From Lama glama (taxonomy: Eukaryota), in contig CM052832.1 in the NCBI GenBank assembly GCA_028534125.1, positions 22,322,001-22,386,000 on the forward strand: a DNA stretch of 64,000 nucleotides, read 5' to 3'. This document shows, piece after piece, positions 51,226 through 64,000 of this stretch. The notes below the pieces were generated by a model. It was not told where the DNA came from. It did no database searches and saw only the letters and a program-made list of their open reading frames with translations. Every line of letters begins with the position of its first letter. Position 1 is the first letter of the stretch. The position numbers and the translations under genes were made by a program.

Positions 51226-53809
51226 CTCCAGTTTGTCTCGCGCCTATAGGGGTAGGAGTCCCTTTCTTTTAGAAATGACTCATGGCCTATGGTATCTGGT
51301 GCTGATGGAATGTTCGATATCACAGAGAAATACAGCCCGCTATGGTGGCCTCAGAGGAGCTGCGGGAGCTAAATGAGGGACCTATTGTTTTGTTTTTATG
51401 TTAAAAGAACTTTTCGAAACGGATAATGTTCCCTTTGCTATTCCTCCCCCAACTGTTTTTCTTTTTGTGGATTCGACATGCTTCTCATTATTTTTTGCCC
51501 CTGTTCTGTTACTACCTCTCCAGCCTTTTATCGCACACTTGTGCTCTGGTCCTTGCTGTCAATGCCACGAAATAACTGTGGGGACCCCAGGCAAGTCCCT
51601 GAGCCTCCCGAGCCTCAGTTTCTTCATCCATTAATGAGCAAAACACTGGCGCCAGCATCTCTACGTTTCCCTTAACAGTAAATGAACACAGTTCAATGCT
51701 GGAAACCATGTTTCCAATGAGAAGCCTTCTTCAGAGCAGTGTTCACGCTGGAGGCATCACAAGTTCTTGGAAAGATGCTTCCCCAGACTGCAAGAAAGGA
51801 CTCCAGGCGTTTTGTTATTGAAAATGATTTTGTGGTCTGTTTTCTTTCACTTTTGAGATGCTCTTAAAGATGATCACAAGCTTTGATTTTCTTGTGGGCA
51901 GGTTTAGAAAACAAAGTTGGCCCCTTGTTCTTTCAGGGTCTTTGAGAAAAGAGTATCTTTTCTTGGGAACGGCTCTCCCTCTGATCCTTCACTTACTTCT
52001 GTTTCTGATTCTTCAGAAACCTCTTTGTCTCTCACAGGGAGTGTCAATTCACATCTTAATCACTTTGAGTGTAATCTCATTAGAGATAATCCCGTTTGCC
52101 AAAGTGTCAGTATCTTTCCTCCCTACAGAGGAAGGGATTCCTATCGTCTGTTTTGGGAACCCAATCCAGCTTGAGTTATAAATAGAGCGATCATCTGCTG
52201 AATTCCTCCTCTGACTTTTGATATTGGCATTGAAATGCATGAGGTGGATTCTTTAAGCCTGTCACACTAAATTTCTATCAGTCTTGGCTTTAGACAGAAA
52301 TGGCATAATAAAAAAAAAAGGTTCTGTTGGCAGTTTAAATGAAGCAAGCATTTTTATTCACTTACGAAAAATCTAAGGTGACTTTAATAAATTAATCCGG
52401 TAATTATGTCCTCTTGTGATTAGTCTGCTGTTCTTTGTAGGGACAGAAGTATTTATAATAAATAAACAAAAGAACAAACAAACATAAAACACACACACAC
52501 GCACACACAGACCTCCTTCCCCTTTTTTACTTTGAACACTTGCCTTACAGTGATTCTCATCAGGCAGTTCTGAGCTGGTAAAACTCCAGATTATTCAAGC
52601 AACCGCATTTGCATGGTTGAGACCTTGTTTCAAGGAGGCCCATGTATGTAAAGCTGGATGGTGTGAACAGATCCATTTCTGCAGGAAACGCCAATCCATA
52701 CGGCTCCTTGTTTGTCACAACGTACATCGCATTAACTGTGTGAAACAACTCTTATGGAAACCCCATGTCTCTCTGCCGCTCCTCTTTCCCAGTGTGCAAC
52801 AAATTTAAATCCTCATATTCTTAAAGTGGGGGTGGGGAGGAGAGGGTAAACAGTAGTCATTCTCATTTGATGGTTTGAAAAAAGAAAAGATGTTGGTACC
52901 ACTCACTGACTGGCTAATGAATAATCAGATTTCACAGCATGAGTGCTGGGGTGGTAATTTGGTTGCACTCCATGCTCCAAACCCATGGAATAGTGCTTCA
53001 TTAATGTGAAGACCTGTATAATCAAACAATTAGCAGTCTCTCTGCAACGAAAGCAGCTTTTCATCAGCATATAGACTTTGTTGAAAGATGAATCCCAAAT
53101 CAGTGGATCTGACAGCAACTAGTCTTAGCACTAGCCACAAGGGTACCATGGAGGGTGAGGTGCGTGTTTTTCACCCTTAACCTTTAGCTAAGGATCCGAC
53201 AGCAACTTGGGCTCCAAGATCACTGAATGGTAGCAAATGTATAGGAAATAGGAAATTAGGAGAATGTCTTCTGTTTTTATTTATATGATCTCCTGTTTTA
53301 TAGCTTCTTTGTTTTCCGTCATGTTATATTTTTTAGGGTTAAGAAGCTTGGAAAGAGACTTTGAATTATCCTGGGGAAAGAGGAAGCTTTAAAAAAAATT
53401 TGCTTTTTTCATTTTGTTTATTTACATCAACGATTCATGTCATCTTCCTTTTAATAGAGCTGATTAGCCTCTTTGGAGACTTTCTGTCAGTAACCATGGA
53501 GAAAGGGTGCTGTTTCATGGTGGGATCTCTTGTTTGCTTTGTTGACTAATTCACATCAAATGAATGCCCAACAGGGGTCTTCATGGAACCAGGAGGCAGA
53601 GACATCAGGTTCCCGGTGCCCTATGGTTTCATGTCTCGCTCTGCCCCTAAACGAGCCCTGAATATATTGGCTCGACTTCAACATATTGCTCAGTGACAAG
53701 GAGGTGAGAAGTACTAACTCAGTACATTTTTTTTAAAGGTAAAATGTAAATTATCAATAAACTTCAGTAGATTTGTGACAGGTTTATGACTAGTTTGGCT
53801 ATTCTAAAT

Positions 53810-54002
53810 CAGGGACAGCAAATTTTTTCTGTAAAAGGCCATACAGTAAGTGTTTAGGCTTTTCAGACTAAGAAAAAATAATAATTATTATTATTATTAT
53901 TATGTAGGTACTTATATAACAACTATCTGAAAATGATTCTCACCTCATGAACCTTATGAAAATGGAGTGTGGGCCAAATTTAGCCAGAAAGCCAAATGCC
54001 TG
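53810..54002. mobile_element. MER58-like hAT-Charlie MITE with 8-bp TSD
   Basis: cagggacagcaaattttttctgtaaaaggcca...tgggccaaatttagcc...cctg; flanks ttctaaat (53802-53809) and gtctaaat (54003-54010). Confidence 0.85.
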
Positions 54003-54559
54003 GTCTAAATCACAGGCTTTAAAAAACAAGCAAGCAAGCAAGCAAACAAATAAACTTTTTCTGTCATTGAGCAAATCTATAGCTCTGTACATCTTAATTT
54101 CCTTCCATACATTATTGTTGTTTAGTTGGGGGTAATGAAAATTTTGCAAATATTGTGTATTTGTGGAACAGACATGTTTAGCAATAATCAACAAACATGG
54201 ATGGAATTACTAGAGTTCATTGTGGGGAGAGGTAAAAATTAGGAAACCTGAAGTACTTTCTTAGCATCTTTTCATTGACTTAGATTGGCAGGGAAGCAAG
54301 ACACACAGGTTCCTCTCGTCTTTTGTTTGTAGGGATGAATTCTAGTTCAGCCGATGGCGCCCAGCACTGACCAGGTCAAGGTTTGGGGACTGATCTCTGC
54401 ACAGATGTGATGGTTCCACACAAAGGAAAAACACTGTTGCATGACCACAATTTGTATCTTTACTCAAGTCAACTCTCAAAAAAGCTGGACAGACTGTCTA
54501 TAAAAATATATCTGAACTAAGGATAGACAGCTACAATCCTGGAAAAAGCATGCCTTTGT

Positions 54560-55225
54560 GACTGAAATCTTAGATCATATTCTAGATTTGAATATTGAAA
54601 CAATTATCTGCAAACATAATTATCAGTAGGATGGAGCAAGAGTTCTCTTAGGGCAAGCTAGCTACTAGCTCCAAGGTAGATTACCTAGTAGAGTGTTAGG
54701 GTCCAAAGGGTGCTGGCTAAAGATCTGATACGGCTCTAGACGAAGATTTCTAGACACATGAATGCTGTTCTCCACTCTGTTCTGTTCCACATTTTTAAAT
54801 AAAAACTTGCATGAGGACAAAACAGGTGTTCTTATCAAGTCTGCAGATGATGAAAAGCCTGGAGAGCTCACAAATTCAATAGATAACAGAGGAAATCAAC
54901 AAAACCTCTACAACTTACTAACTCTACAATTTACTGTTAGTAAAATCCAACAGAATAGAATTTAGCTGCGGTAAATGTACAGCTTGTAATCTGAATTAAA
55001 AACAACAACAAAAATAACTAATTACGTAAGTCCTGGGTGGGAAAGTCCTTTGCAAAAGCACAAATGGAAGTCTGATTTTGGTTTGCAGTAGTTTCAGTGG
55101 GCCCACAAGGTAATTAATATTACCTGTGACTACATTCTCAAAGTTCAGTTATCTAAACAAGTTCACATACAGTGCCAAATTTTACTCTATTCCATTCAGA
55201 GCATATTTAGATGGTATGTCTAAAA
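54560..55225 (+). mobile_element. L3/CR1 LINE reverse-transcriptase fossil
   Basis: Collinear CR1 RT landmarks across frames: RVQRVL (R.QRVV), VLIKSADDEKPG (L.KFADDTKLG), NRIEFSCGKC (N.M.FN..KC). Confidence 0.75.
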
Positions 55226-55339
55226 ATGTACTTAAAATAAAACTATGTTTTATAATGAACTACCACAAAATTGGGTATGCAAAACTAATTCGTATCACCA
55301 TGCTGAATGAAGAACTGTTGAAGAAACTGTGGCTCCTCT

Positions 55340-55462
55340 CTCAGATTCCTGGGCTCTACTGTGGACCTAATGAATCAGAACTCCCGAGAGTGGTGCCCCG
55401 GAATCTGCAGTTTTAAAAATCTCTCCAGATAATTCTGATGAGAGATCAGAGTTGGGAGTCCA
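55340..55462. mobile_element. MER5A-like hAT-Charlie MITE
   Basis: cagattcctgggc...gacctaatgaatcagaactc...ggaatctgcagttttaaaaatctctccagataattctgatg. Confidence 0.8.
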
Positions 55463-55899
55463 AATCATCAGTGAAAGAAAACTCTATCAAACTAGGTGAA
55501 ATAACTAGTTAACAATTTAGATCGGATTCAGTAAGTTTCAGTAACTTTTTCGCTTTTCTTTCATTTGTTTTAGAATCTTAACAGTAGACTGTGGCTTGTC
55601 GATTTGCAGACGCAGAAGTTAGGGTTTAGAGTTCTTCCTCTATGTGGGCCAACTAACCCTGTTTATTGATAGGCTCAGATAAACCCCTAATTCGAGTTTC
55701 TTTGAATAGAGAAGTATATAGGAATTATTGGGATAAATCAATGTAAACCTATCCCTTTCTCCTGGGGGGACAGTTCAAAGTTGTTTTCCCCACAGCTAAT
55801 TAATCAGAAGTAAATACAGGAAGAAGAATACATTTAAAGAGACACAGTGCTGAAGGACTTTAGCATTCTCTATTGCTATGAACATGCACAACCATATGC

Positions 55900-56720
55900 C
55901 ATGTATGACATCTAAACTAGCAAACTCACTTCTCCAAGGGACATTTCCTTTTTAACAGTCACCTAAGCACAAAGTCTAAGACTTTCTTTTACTTGCTCCT
56001 CACGTCTAGGTACTTACAATGTGTGATAATTCTGCCTCTAAAATATATTTTTAATTTATCCCTTACCCATCTCTCCCTATTGTTTTGACCCTGGTAAAAA
56101 TCTAGTGAACTGTTATGCTAGGCTTCACCTCCCTAATTCTTCCTCTTTCCTTCCCAAGGCTGCCTAATTCATCTTCTTAAAACAAGGCTCTGGTTCTGTT
56201 CTGTACCAAAAATCTACAGGATAAAGTCAGAGCACTCAAGTCTGCCATGAATGATATCCTAAGGCCAGGTTCCAAACTTTTGTTCATTAATTCATTCAAA
56301 AGTAATTTATTGAGACCTACCACCCCCTTTCTTTTTTGCCAGGCATTGGTGTAACAAAGGTGAAAAAGTAACTTTACATCTCATCACACTGATTTCATGT
56401 TTTTGCTCTAATCCCTTCACCAATGCTGGATTCTCTGTTACCTTTTAGTCTTTGAATGTCAAATACCTTTCAACTCTAATGTCTCCAGTCCTTTACAAAA
56501 TCTCTTCTGGTATCAAAGCTGAGAAATAACCTGTTCTTCTTTGAAAATCTTCACAGTGCAATGTTCATGGCAATTATCACTTTTTAGTAGTTTAGATATT
56601 TAGACATATCTTTTCTGCTAGAATACAATCATCATTAAGTGTACAAACTAGACTTTGTTTATATCTGCTGCCCCTAGAATAGTGCCCAATAGCCAAGACG
56701 TGCTCCATATATATTTCCTG
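55900..56720 (+). mobile_element. Fragmented L2 relics
   Basis: tctacaggataaagtcagagcactc; tttgtttatatctgctgcccctagaatagtgcc; a short opposite-strand L2 tail near 56280-56370. Confidence 0.55.
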
Positions 56721-56732
56721 AAAAAGCAAGGA

Positions 56733-57962
56733 TAAAAAAAGCAAAAAATAAACAAGCAGAAGTACATCAAACTAAAAAGCTTCTCACAGGAAAAAAAGAA
56801 TCAACATAATGGAAAGTCAATCTACAGAACGGAAGAAAAATCTTGTATCTGGTAATACAGTTAATACTCAAAATATATAAGGATGCCATATAACTCAATA
56901 GAAAAATAACAAATGATCCAATTTAAAATGGGCTAAGGACCTGAACAGATATTTTTCCAAAGAAGATATCCAAATGGCCAACAATAGGTACATGAAAAGT
57001 TGCTCAACATTACTAATTATCAGGGAAATACAAATCAAAACCATAATGAGGGATCACCTCACGCCTCTTAGAAAGGCAATTATGAAAAAAGACAAATGAT
57101 AACAAGTGCTGGAGAAGGTGTGGAGACAAGGAAACCCTCGTGCACGGTTGGTGGGAATGCAAATTAGTGCAGCCACTATGGAAAACAATATGAAGATTCC
57201 TTAAAAAATTAAAAATACAACTACCATATGATCCAGCAACCTCACTTCTAGGTTTATATCTGAAGGAAATGAAATCACTATCTACACCCCCATGTTTACT
57301 CAGCATTATTTACAATAGCCAAGATACAGAAACCGCCTAAGCGTCCATTGACAGATGACTGGATAAAGAAAATGCGATACGTGTATGCAATGGAGTATTA
57401 TAATACACAATTAGGTATTATCCAGCCATTAAAAAAAAAAGAGGAAATCTTTCCATTTGCAACAACCTCTATGAAACTTGAGGGTATTATGCTAAGTGAA
57501 GTCAGTCTGACAGAGAACGACAAATACTGTATGATCTCACTTATATATGAAGTCTGAAAAAAAAAACTCATAGAAACAGATAAACAGAATAGATTGGTGG
57601 TTGCCAGAGGCATAAGGTGGGGGTGGGGGAATGAGGGAACTAGGTGAACGTGGTCAAAGGGTACCAACTTCCAGTTGTAAGATGAACAAGTTCTAGAGAT
57701 GTAATGTACAGCATGGTGACTACAGTTAACAATACTGTATTGTATACCTACATGCTGCTAAGAGAGGAGATCTTGAAGATTCTCACCACACACACATACC
57801 AAACACTATAACTATGTGAAGTGACGGATGAGTTAACTAACCTTATTGTGCAATCATTTCACAGTATATATGTATATCAAATCATCACATTGTACACCTT
57901 CAACCCGTACAATGTTATATGTCAATTACAGCTCAATGAAATAAAAGAAATAAAAGAAAAAT
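56733..57962 (+). mobile_element. L1 (L1MA9/10-like) ORF2 C-terminal part and 3' UTR
   Basis: tacatcaaactaaaaagcttc; ggacctgaacagatatttttccaaagaaga; ctaccatatgatccagcaa; tgtacagcatggtgactacagttaacaatac; A-rich tail. Confidence 0.93.
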
Positions 57963-58751
57963 AACTTGCTTGATATCAAAATGCAAAAAAAAAGACATTT
58001 GTTGAAATAAAGAATGTTTCAGTTGGGTCAAAGACAGGAGCTTTTGATTTATGATGTATGGTAACCACATAAAGAGTAAAATAAAACACATAAACCCTTA
58101 ATTATTCAAACAAATGTATGCGAGAGTTCCCACTAAGAAAGATCAGCATGCTTGCCAAGGCCTCAGAATAACTGAAGTGGCACTCTCCTCCTGAACACAG
58201 CCAGCTCCTTATGTGGCCAGTGGTCACTTTCTAGAAGAGCTGGACGTTGGCCCCTCAGTCACCAGGGTCTGCAGAGGGTGCATGAGGGAGAGCTCGCATT
58301 TCGTTTAACAACTGAAGTCTTCATTTTCCCTCTAGCACAAGGGCTATTCAAATGTATCAGATTATACGGTTCAAGCACTTGGAAAGGGTTACCTTGAAAT
58401 ACGGCAAACGATGTAAAATAGACCCGGAACATTCCTGTTCTTAAAGGTCCTTTAGACACCCTTCTCCTCAGGCTCCAGCCTCAGTCTCCTCTTTCCATTT
58501 TTTTTTTCCAATCCCAATTCCTGACTGTGCCTCATCCGTAACAGTTAGCTGGCTTTTTGTTTCTATCTCCTTCCATGCTATCTTTCCCCTTCCCTGCACA
58601 AAGTAGACAAAGAAAGACAATTTCCTCTCTCATGGGTACGTTTGTCAGTCAGTCAGTGACCTTTCCTTCCCAATTATAGGGACTTGAACACAGGACTCGG
58701 ACTCCGGAAAATCCTAAAGCACTTCAGGACTTGGGTGTGGTCCTTTCGGTC

Positions 58752-58980
58752 CCATGGTTTTCAAACCAAGCCTATGACCCAGCAGTGGGATGTCCAATCA
58801 TTCAGTTCTTCGTTTTAGTTCTTCAAATTGGAATGGAATAAAATTAAAAAATAGCAACCTGTTCCTATCCATGGAAAGGGTAAGTACTGTTTTCAGTTTC
58901 ACATGTTTCAGTTGTGTGTTTGGTGTGCGTGTGTCCTGGGCTGCAACATGAAAAGTGCCTCTTAGACTTTGAAAGGTACT
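58752..58980. mobile_element. hAT-Charlie MITE (MER112/113-like)
   Basis: tggttttcaaac...tgacccagcagtggg...aagggtaagtactgttt...gtttcagttgtgtgt...ctgggctgcaacatgaaa. Confidence 0.6.
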
Positions 58981-61900
58981 TCGTTGAACTGGCAGAGCCT
59001 CAGTTTCCTCATCTTCCAGCCAATGGGAAGAAAGGCAGGTGAACGAGGATGTGGGAACATTCCTGCCATATCCCTGAATCCTTCTAGATTGGTTCCTTAC
59101 TGGGCTCAGACTAAGACCCAGATTTTGGACACATGTTGCTGATCATTTTTAGTTTCTAGTTTGAAGGTGAAAACGGTGTAGCTTTTTTTTAAAAAGGCCT
59201 TAAATAATTCTTCAGATTTTTGCAGCACTTTAAGAAAACTGTTATTTCTCTCTATCCAAGACAAAGGGGTCAGCAGAGACCACCGCACATCTGAGGGAGG
59301 TGGGCGTTGGCACAGACACACACAGCAGGACTCCTGGAAACAGACGGCTCTTCCTAAATGTAGGCTGATTTAGTTTTCTTAAGAACTGTCGATATTAGTG
59401 GAAGCAAGGGAGAAACATTTCCTGGTTCCCGACACACTTAGGAGATGTGAAGCCCAGCACTTTCTGCTTCTCTTTCTCTCTGTCGAAGCCTCTCTTCCAC
59501 TCCCACCCCCACCTCCAGCCTGGGGTAAACCCAGGCACCGTGAAGCTAGTGGCAGGCGGTGTTAGGAATCAAGGTCTTTCTCCCTCCCAGTCTCCCACCC
59601 GTTAGAAGATGAGACCCTGCTATCAGAGAGATTCGTCACAGGTGGTAATGGCCTAGGAAACACCCCGAGTGCCAGGGGCTGTGTTTCAGAGACAGTGAGA
59701 GAGAAGCCTCCAGAATTGTCTGGGTTTCCTTCCCCCTAGAAGGTCCCTCTCCTCCTGTCATTCACTCAGCAGCCTGGGGAGAAGCGGGGTGCTTTTCCTC
59801 TTCCCCTAGCAACCCCTGCCACTTCACCGCAAGGCTGCCTCTCGGCCAAAATCAGGAAGGGAGGGGCCAGGGTAGCTATTCACATCCCATACCCATCGCA
59901 GGCCTGGCAGGTCTCTTGCCCCGAGCCCTACCCCTCCCCAAGCAACAGGAAAGGGAAAATGCACCCAAAGCTTAGAGAGACTCAATTTCTGTGTGTCACA
60001 GGGATGTGAAAAATAGAGATTCTAATCCTGGGGACATCTCCTTTCAGTACATCGTGTTTCATGGAAGGGACGTTTTGGGACTCAGAAGCAATGACTGCTT
60101 GGTCCTTTAAAAATCAATTTCAAACAGGAAGCAGTGTAAAGATGGAACAGCAAGGCCCACTGTTTGTTTTTGAGACACCACCACAGAAGATTCGGTCCTT
60201 CAGATTAACCAAGGCCCTGTAATCTTATCAGAGAGTGTTGCTGTCTGGGAGGAACCCTGGACAGCAGTGGGGCTTCGAGACTCCTTGGCGTCTCCAGCAG
60301 ATGCACCAGCCACCCATCACATGGAGGTGGACCCAGCGTCGACCCTGAGCAGCAGAGGACAGATGTGAAAACACACGGATCACAAGAAAAAAGGAGAAGT
60401 GGACATGGACTCCCCTCTTGAGATTCACACAAAGAAATCAGTCTTATTTCTAGAAGTAATTGTTAGGGTAATAATATTTTTTAAGTTTTTTTTAAACTTC
60501 CTATAAAATACAGTTCTAAAAATCATTGACAGAAAAATGTAAAGATTGGGAAATCTAAGCACTTATTTAACATCTATTTGCCAAGCTTAAAATATACCAC
60601 ATCTCTAAACTGCATGATTTTATGGTGACATACCCATGAATGCAATGCTACATTATATGAATGTAAGAAAACAATGGGTTTAGATAGTTCACCATACTGC
60701 TGGAGAGAAATACATATTATTCATTTATAGTTAATAAATATTAAAACCTGGAATAAAGTGAAAGCTAGTCTTTTATCATAAAACCCACCGTTTTTCTTCC
60801 CCCAGCCCCAAAACTAATAGAAATGCATTCTTTTTTTCTTTCCTCTTTTTAAAAAATTTTGTAACCCAAAGAAATGTTGTGTTTTTTTTTTTTTTTTGCA
60901 AAAAACTTAGGGTTAACAAATCATTGCCATGAGCTAACTCACATTTGAATCTGGAAAATGCACTTGGCATTATCCTTCTCTGTTCACATATATTTGAAGT
61001 AAATTACATCAAATTGTATTTGAAATACCAAACTGGCATTAATGGAAGCTTTTTTTGCTCCAGGCACCATTTTAAAATAGATGAGCATAAAAATGCAGTC
61101 TGCATCATTAAGTTTATATGAAACTAGTGAGAATAAAAATCACCATGTAAGTTCTAATAAGATGTGTTTTTCATTCCAGTTTAATAACCCAAGACTATAT
61201 TCATCTTCCTGTATAATAAATACACCGAGAGGAATGTATTCTTTTGTAGGCTTAACATGTTGAGATTCTGTTTTTTTTCTCCCCCAAGAAGATACAGTTT
61301 TCTGGGAGGCTGGGTGAAGAAAATTCTTTAATATGGCAGTGTAGAGTATTATTATCATAAATAATTAATGTGCACAGCAGAAGAAAGCCGAGCTTCATTA
61401 ATAATTCTTATTTTTAGTTGGCATAAGCTAGAGGTGCTGTATCTTCTTTCATCCTATCTATGTCAATTTCCTTGATTTTAATTTAATAGATGTTAAAAAT
61501 TTTAAAGATATGGTACATTATGCAGCAGGTTTTTGTTTTTGACTAAGTAACATCCTACCACTAATTCTTACCTGCCCAGATATTTTTAGAAATAGGCAAA
61601 AGGAAGGAGGGGGAAAAAAAAGTTGTGATGAGGCAAGGTACAGTGGGCATCAGTGTCAGTGCCTTTCATCTTCCATTTCCCTCTGGGACCAGTTAAGATG
61701 CTCCTTTGATTAGAACCTCAGGAAATATTAAGAAGCTCTGCCATGAATTTCGGCTCATCAAACTTGCCTGTTTATTTTTTAAATTCAGGGCTGATCTACC
61801 ATCTATATCCTGAAAACACAGGTTCTCCCTAACACAACCTTGCATTTGTGATCAACTAAGTCACTTGTCAAAGCCTCCAAATCTTTGGTAACAGGCATTT

Positions 61901-62694
61901 CTAATTTATTAATTCAGCATCTGAGCCCAGCTAAGCGTTTCTGATGAGCACAATGGGAGGAAATAAAGAGATTACTATAGAGGGCAGTGGGTTTGCACTC
62001 TGCAAGGAAGAACACGAATGCCTGACATTCCAGCTTAGGAGGATGGATGTGCAGCCTGAACAACGGTGAGATAACTATTCCATGTTATTTCACAGGGAAA
62101 TAAAGCCAGGAAGTAGGGGTAAATGCAACAAACCTCAGGGGGAAAAAAGATTCTGACAGTAAAAGCCCTGAATCCTGGGTTCATGCTTTTTTGTAGAACC
62201 CCCTGCTCAACACCTGGGCTGAGATTCTTATTTGCAGCCACTCTGCTCTCTACCTAGCTGGCCTTCACCTCACAGGTATCAGATCATTTTCCATACAGTT
62301 CAGCTAAGGTGAGGATGGAAATCCAAGAAGCACCTACGATAGGATATGAGATATTCCTGCACCCAGTCTCTTGTATCAGGATAATTCAAGCGCTCAGTTT
62401 AATACCATCTACCTGGGTATGTATTGTCAGTCCTAGAATTCACTGCCACTGCCAGATGAGCATAGCAATCCACTTGCTTCCCACAGATCCCCAAGTGACA
62501 CCTGCACTTAGCCTCTTCCTTAGAGCTGCCTCACGGATGCAGAAAGAGCCCAGGGCTAAGCAAAGTCCTCTATCTGCTTCTGAGATGGATTTTGCATTTC
62601 CTAATAAACTGCAAAGTTTGAGATCGAGGATCCTGCCTGGATGGCTAACCCTCTCCAGGTTCATCGTTACTGGCTGAGAGGACTGAGTAATTAG

Positions 62695-62920
62695 AAAGAT
62701 GACTTGCATTTATTGAGCACTTACTATGTGCCAAGCATCATGCTACTTGCTTAACATAGGCAATTATGTAATCCTCTCAGCAAATCTTTGCTGGGCAAGT
62801 TAACGTTACTTTTTAAAAAATAGCTTTATCTGTAAAATGGGCAAAAATTCAGTTGAGAAGTTACATAGCTTTCTATGGTTGGTCACATGCCAGAAGAGTT
62901 GCCAAGCTCAGAGTAGAAAC
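62695..62920 (-). mobile_element. MIR SINE
   Basis: catttattgagcacttactatgtgccaagca...taatcctctcagcaa...ggtcacatgc. Confidence 0.8.
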
Positions 62921-63519
62921 CAAAACTATTTGGAGGTTATATATCCCTATCTTTGTATGTCTTTCCATATATCATGTATACATGTAAGTGTATCTCTATC
63001 TTTCATATATGAAAATGAATTTGTGTCTGGCATCAATGACCTTTAATATTTTATTAATTCATTACTAGCTGAATGTTAGATGTGTTAATTTGTCTGTTTA
63101 TCTCATCAGGCAGCATTCATTTGGACGATGTTTCTCTGCCATGACTTGGTGTACGCTCGAAGAATGCAAGCTTATTTTAACTGAATGCATTTCAAATGCA
63201 TCATCAGTACTGCCTGCCAGCCCCAACGCCCCTGCCCCTGAATCAGGAGGCAGTGTACCTGCAAGTGTGGGTCCATCTTTAGTCTAGGCTCGAGGTTTGT
63301 GGAGCCTTGACTGCTTCGCAGTGGCAAGTTGAGTCTGGGCTGATAGCACAGGGCCTGTTGTTTTAGGATCAGCTTCTCCTGTGAAGAGACATGTTAGCTA
63401 TTTTAAGCCTATTTTTGACCTCAGACTCTGTGCCTTGCCAGTGGTCTTCTTGTCTTTGCAGATGCTCCTGCAAACACAGATCCTAGACTGGACATGTTCT
63501 GACCTCTTTCCACCCCACT

Positions 63520-63725
63520 CTGTTCGCTTTGTCCAGATTACTGTCACTCTTTTCCCATCTCTCCCAGGTAGACCTTCTGTTTGGAATTTGGTATCTGGTC
63601 AACCTAGTTCCTGAGCTAGGCTACATGTTTGCTGAGAGTATGGGATAGCTCCTGTGGTTCAGTGCTTGGAACATAGTTGGCCTTCAATAAAAATGTTTTT
63701 GTGAACACGTAAGTGATTGAATAAA
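63520..63725 (+). mobile_element. L2 3' end
   Basis: cagtgcttggaacatagttggccttcaataaaaatgtttttgtgaac...gattgaataa. Confidence 0.6.
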
Positions 63726-64000
63726 GAGTTCACTGTGGAAGATGTCCAATCCCTTCAGGCCAGCTGGTCTCCTGCCCCTATCCCTGCCTCACCAACCTGG
63801 TGCTACTACTGCCTAAACCCTTGAGTTATGCCAGTTAGAAACAAACTGGGGTCTCCACTGTCTTGACTTGGCCTGATTACCTTACCTCAGTTCACCCCAC
63901 TGGAAATGTCTGCCCCCTTAGGCAGCGCCTGTGGTAGGAGCACCTGCTTCACACACTGCAGTGCAGGGGCCCCTCACAAGCCGTGCAGAATGCTTTGTTA

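Noticed and set aside
1..64000. ORF track entries (60-156 aa) as genes
   Set aside because: None resembles a cellular protein I recognise. The interpretable ones are L1 ORF1/ORF2, CR1 RT, antisense repeat or microsatellite translations.
1..64000. Enrichment of AP-1 (TGASTCA) sites
   Set aside because: I noticed about 11, against roughly 8 expected by chance at uniform base composition, and they are scattered.
1..64000. Inferring host-gene strand from repeat orientation bias
   Set aside because: MaLR LTRs are mostly minus while L1s are mixed with a plus excess. The signals conflict and the counts are small.

Overview
Mammalian, most likely camelid, non-coding genomic DNA (intergenic or deep intronic). 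The taxon is inferred from a vic-1-like tRNA-Ala SINE and an artiodactyl-type Tigger1 derivative, with no Alu, B1, Bov-A/BovB or Can-SINE seen. I could not recognise any protein-coding gene: the ORF track is chance ORFs or decayed L1, L2, LTR and CR1 sequence. The window is a layered record of transposon fossils (L1, L2, L3/CR1, MIR, MaLR and ERVL LTRs, hAT and Tc1/mariner elements, microsatellites) separated by several kb-scale repeat-poor islands that may hold regulatory DNA. The most notable items are a 36-nt U3 snoRNA 5' fragment flanked by a 20-bp target-site duplication inside a Tigger1 derivative, an ancient CR1/L3 reverse-transcriptase fossil, and an L1 that keeps its 5' end but has internal deletions and no 3' half. 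A speculative pair of minus-strand exons is also noted. I found no convincing evidence of a new biological system. Repeat subfamily names come from recalled consensus sequences, and boundaries are approximate unless TSDs are given.
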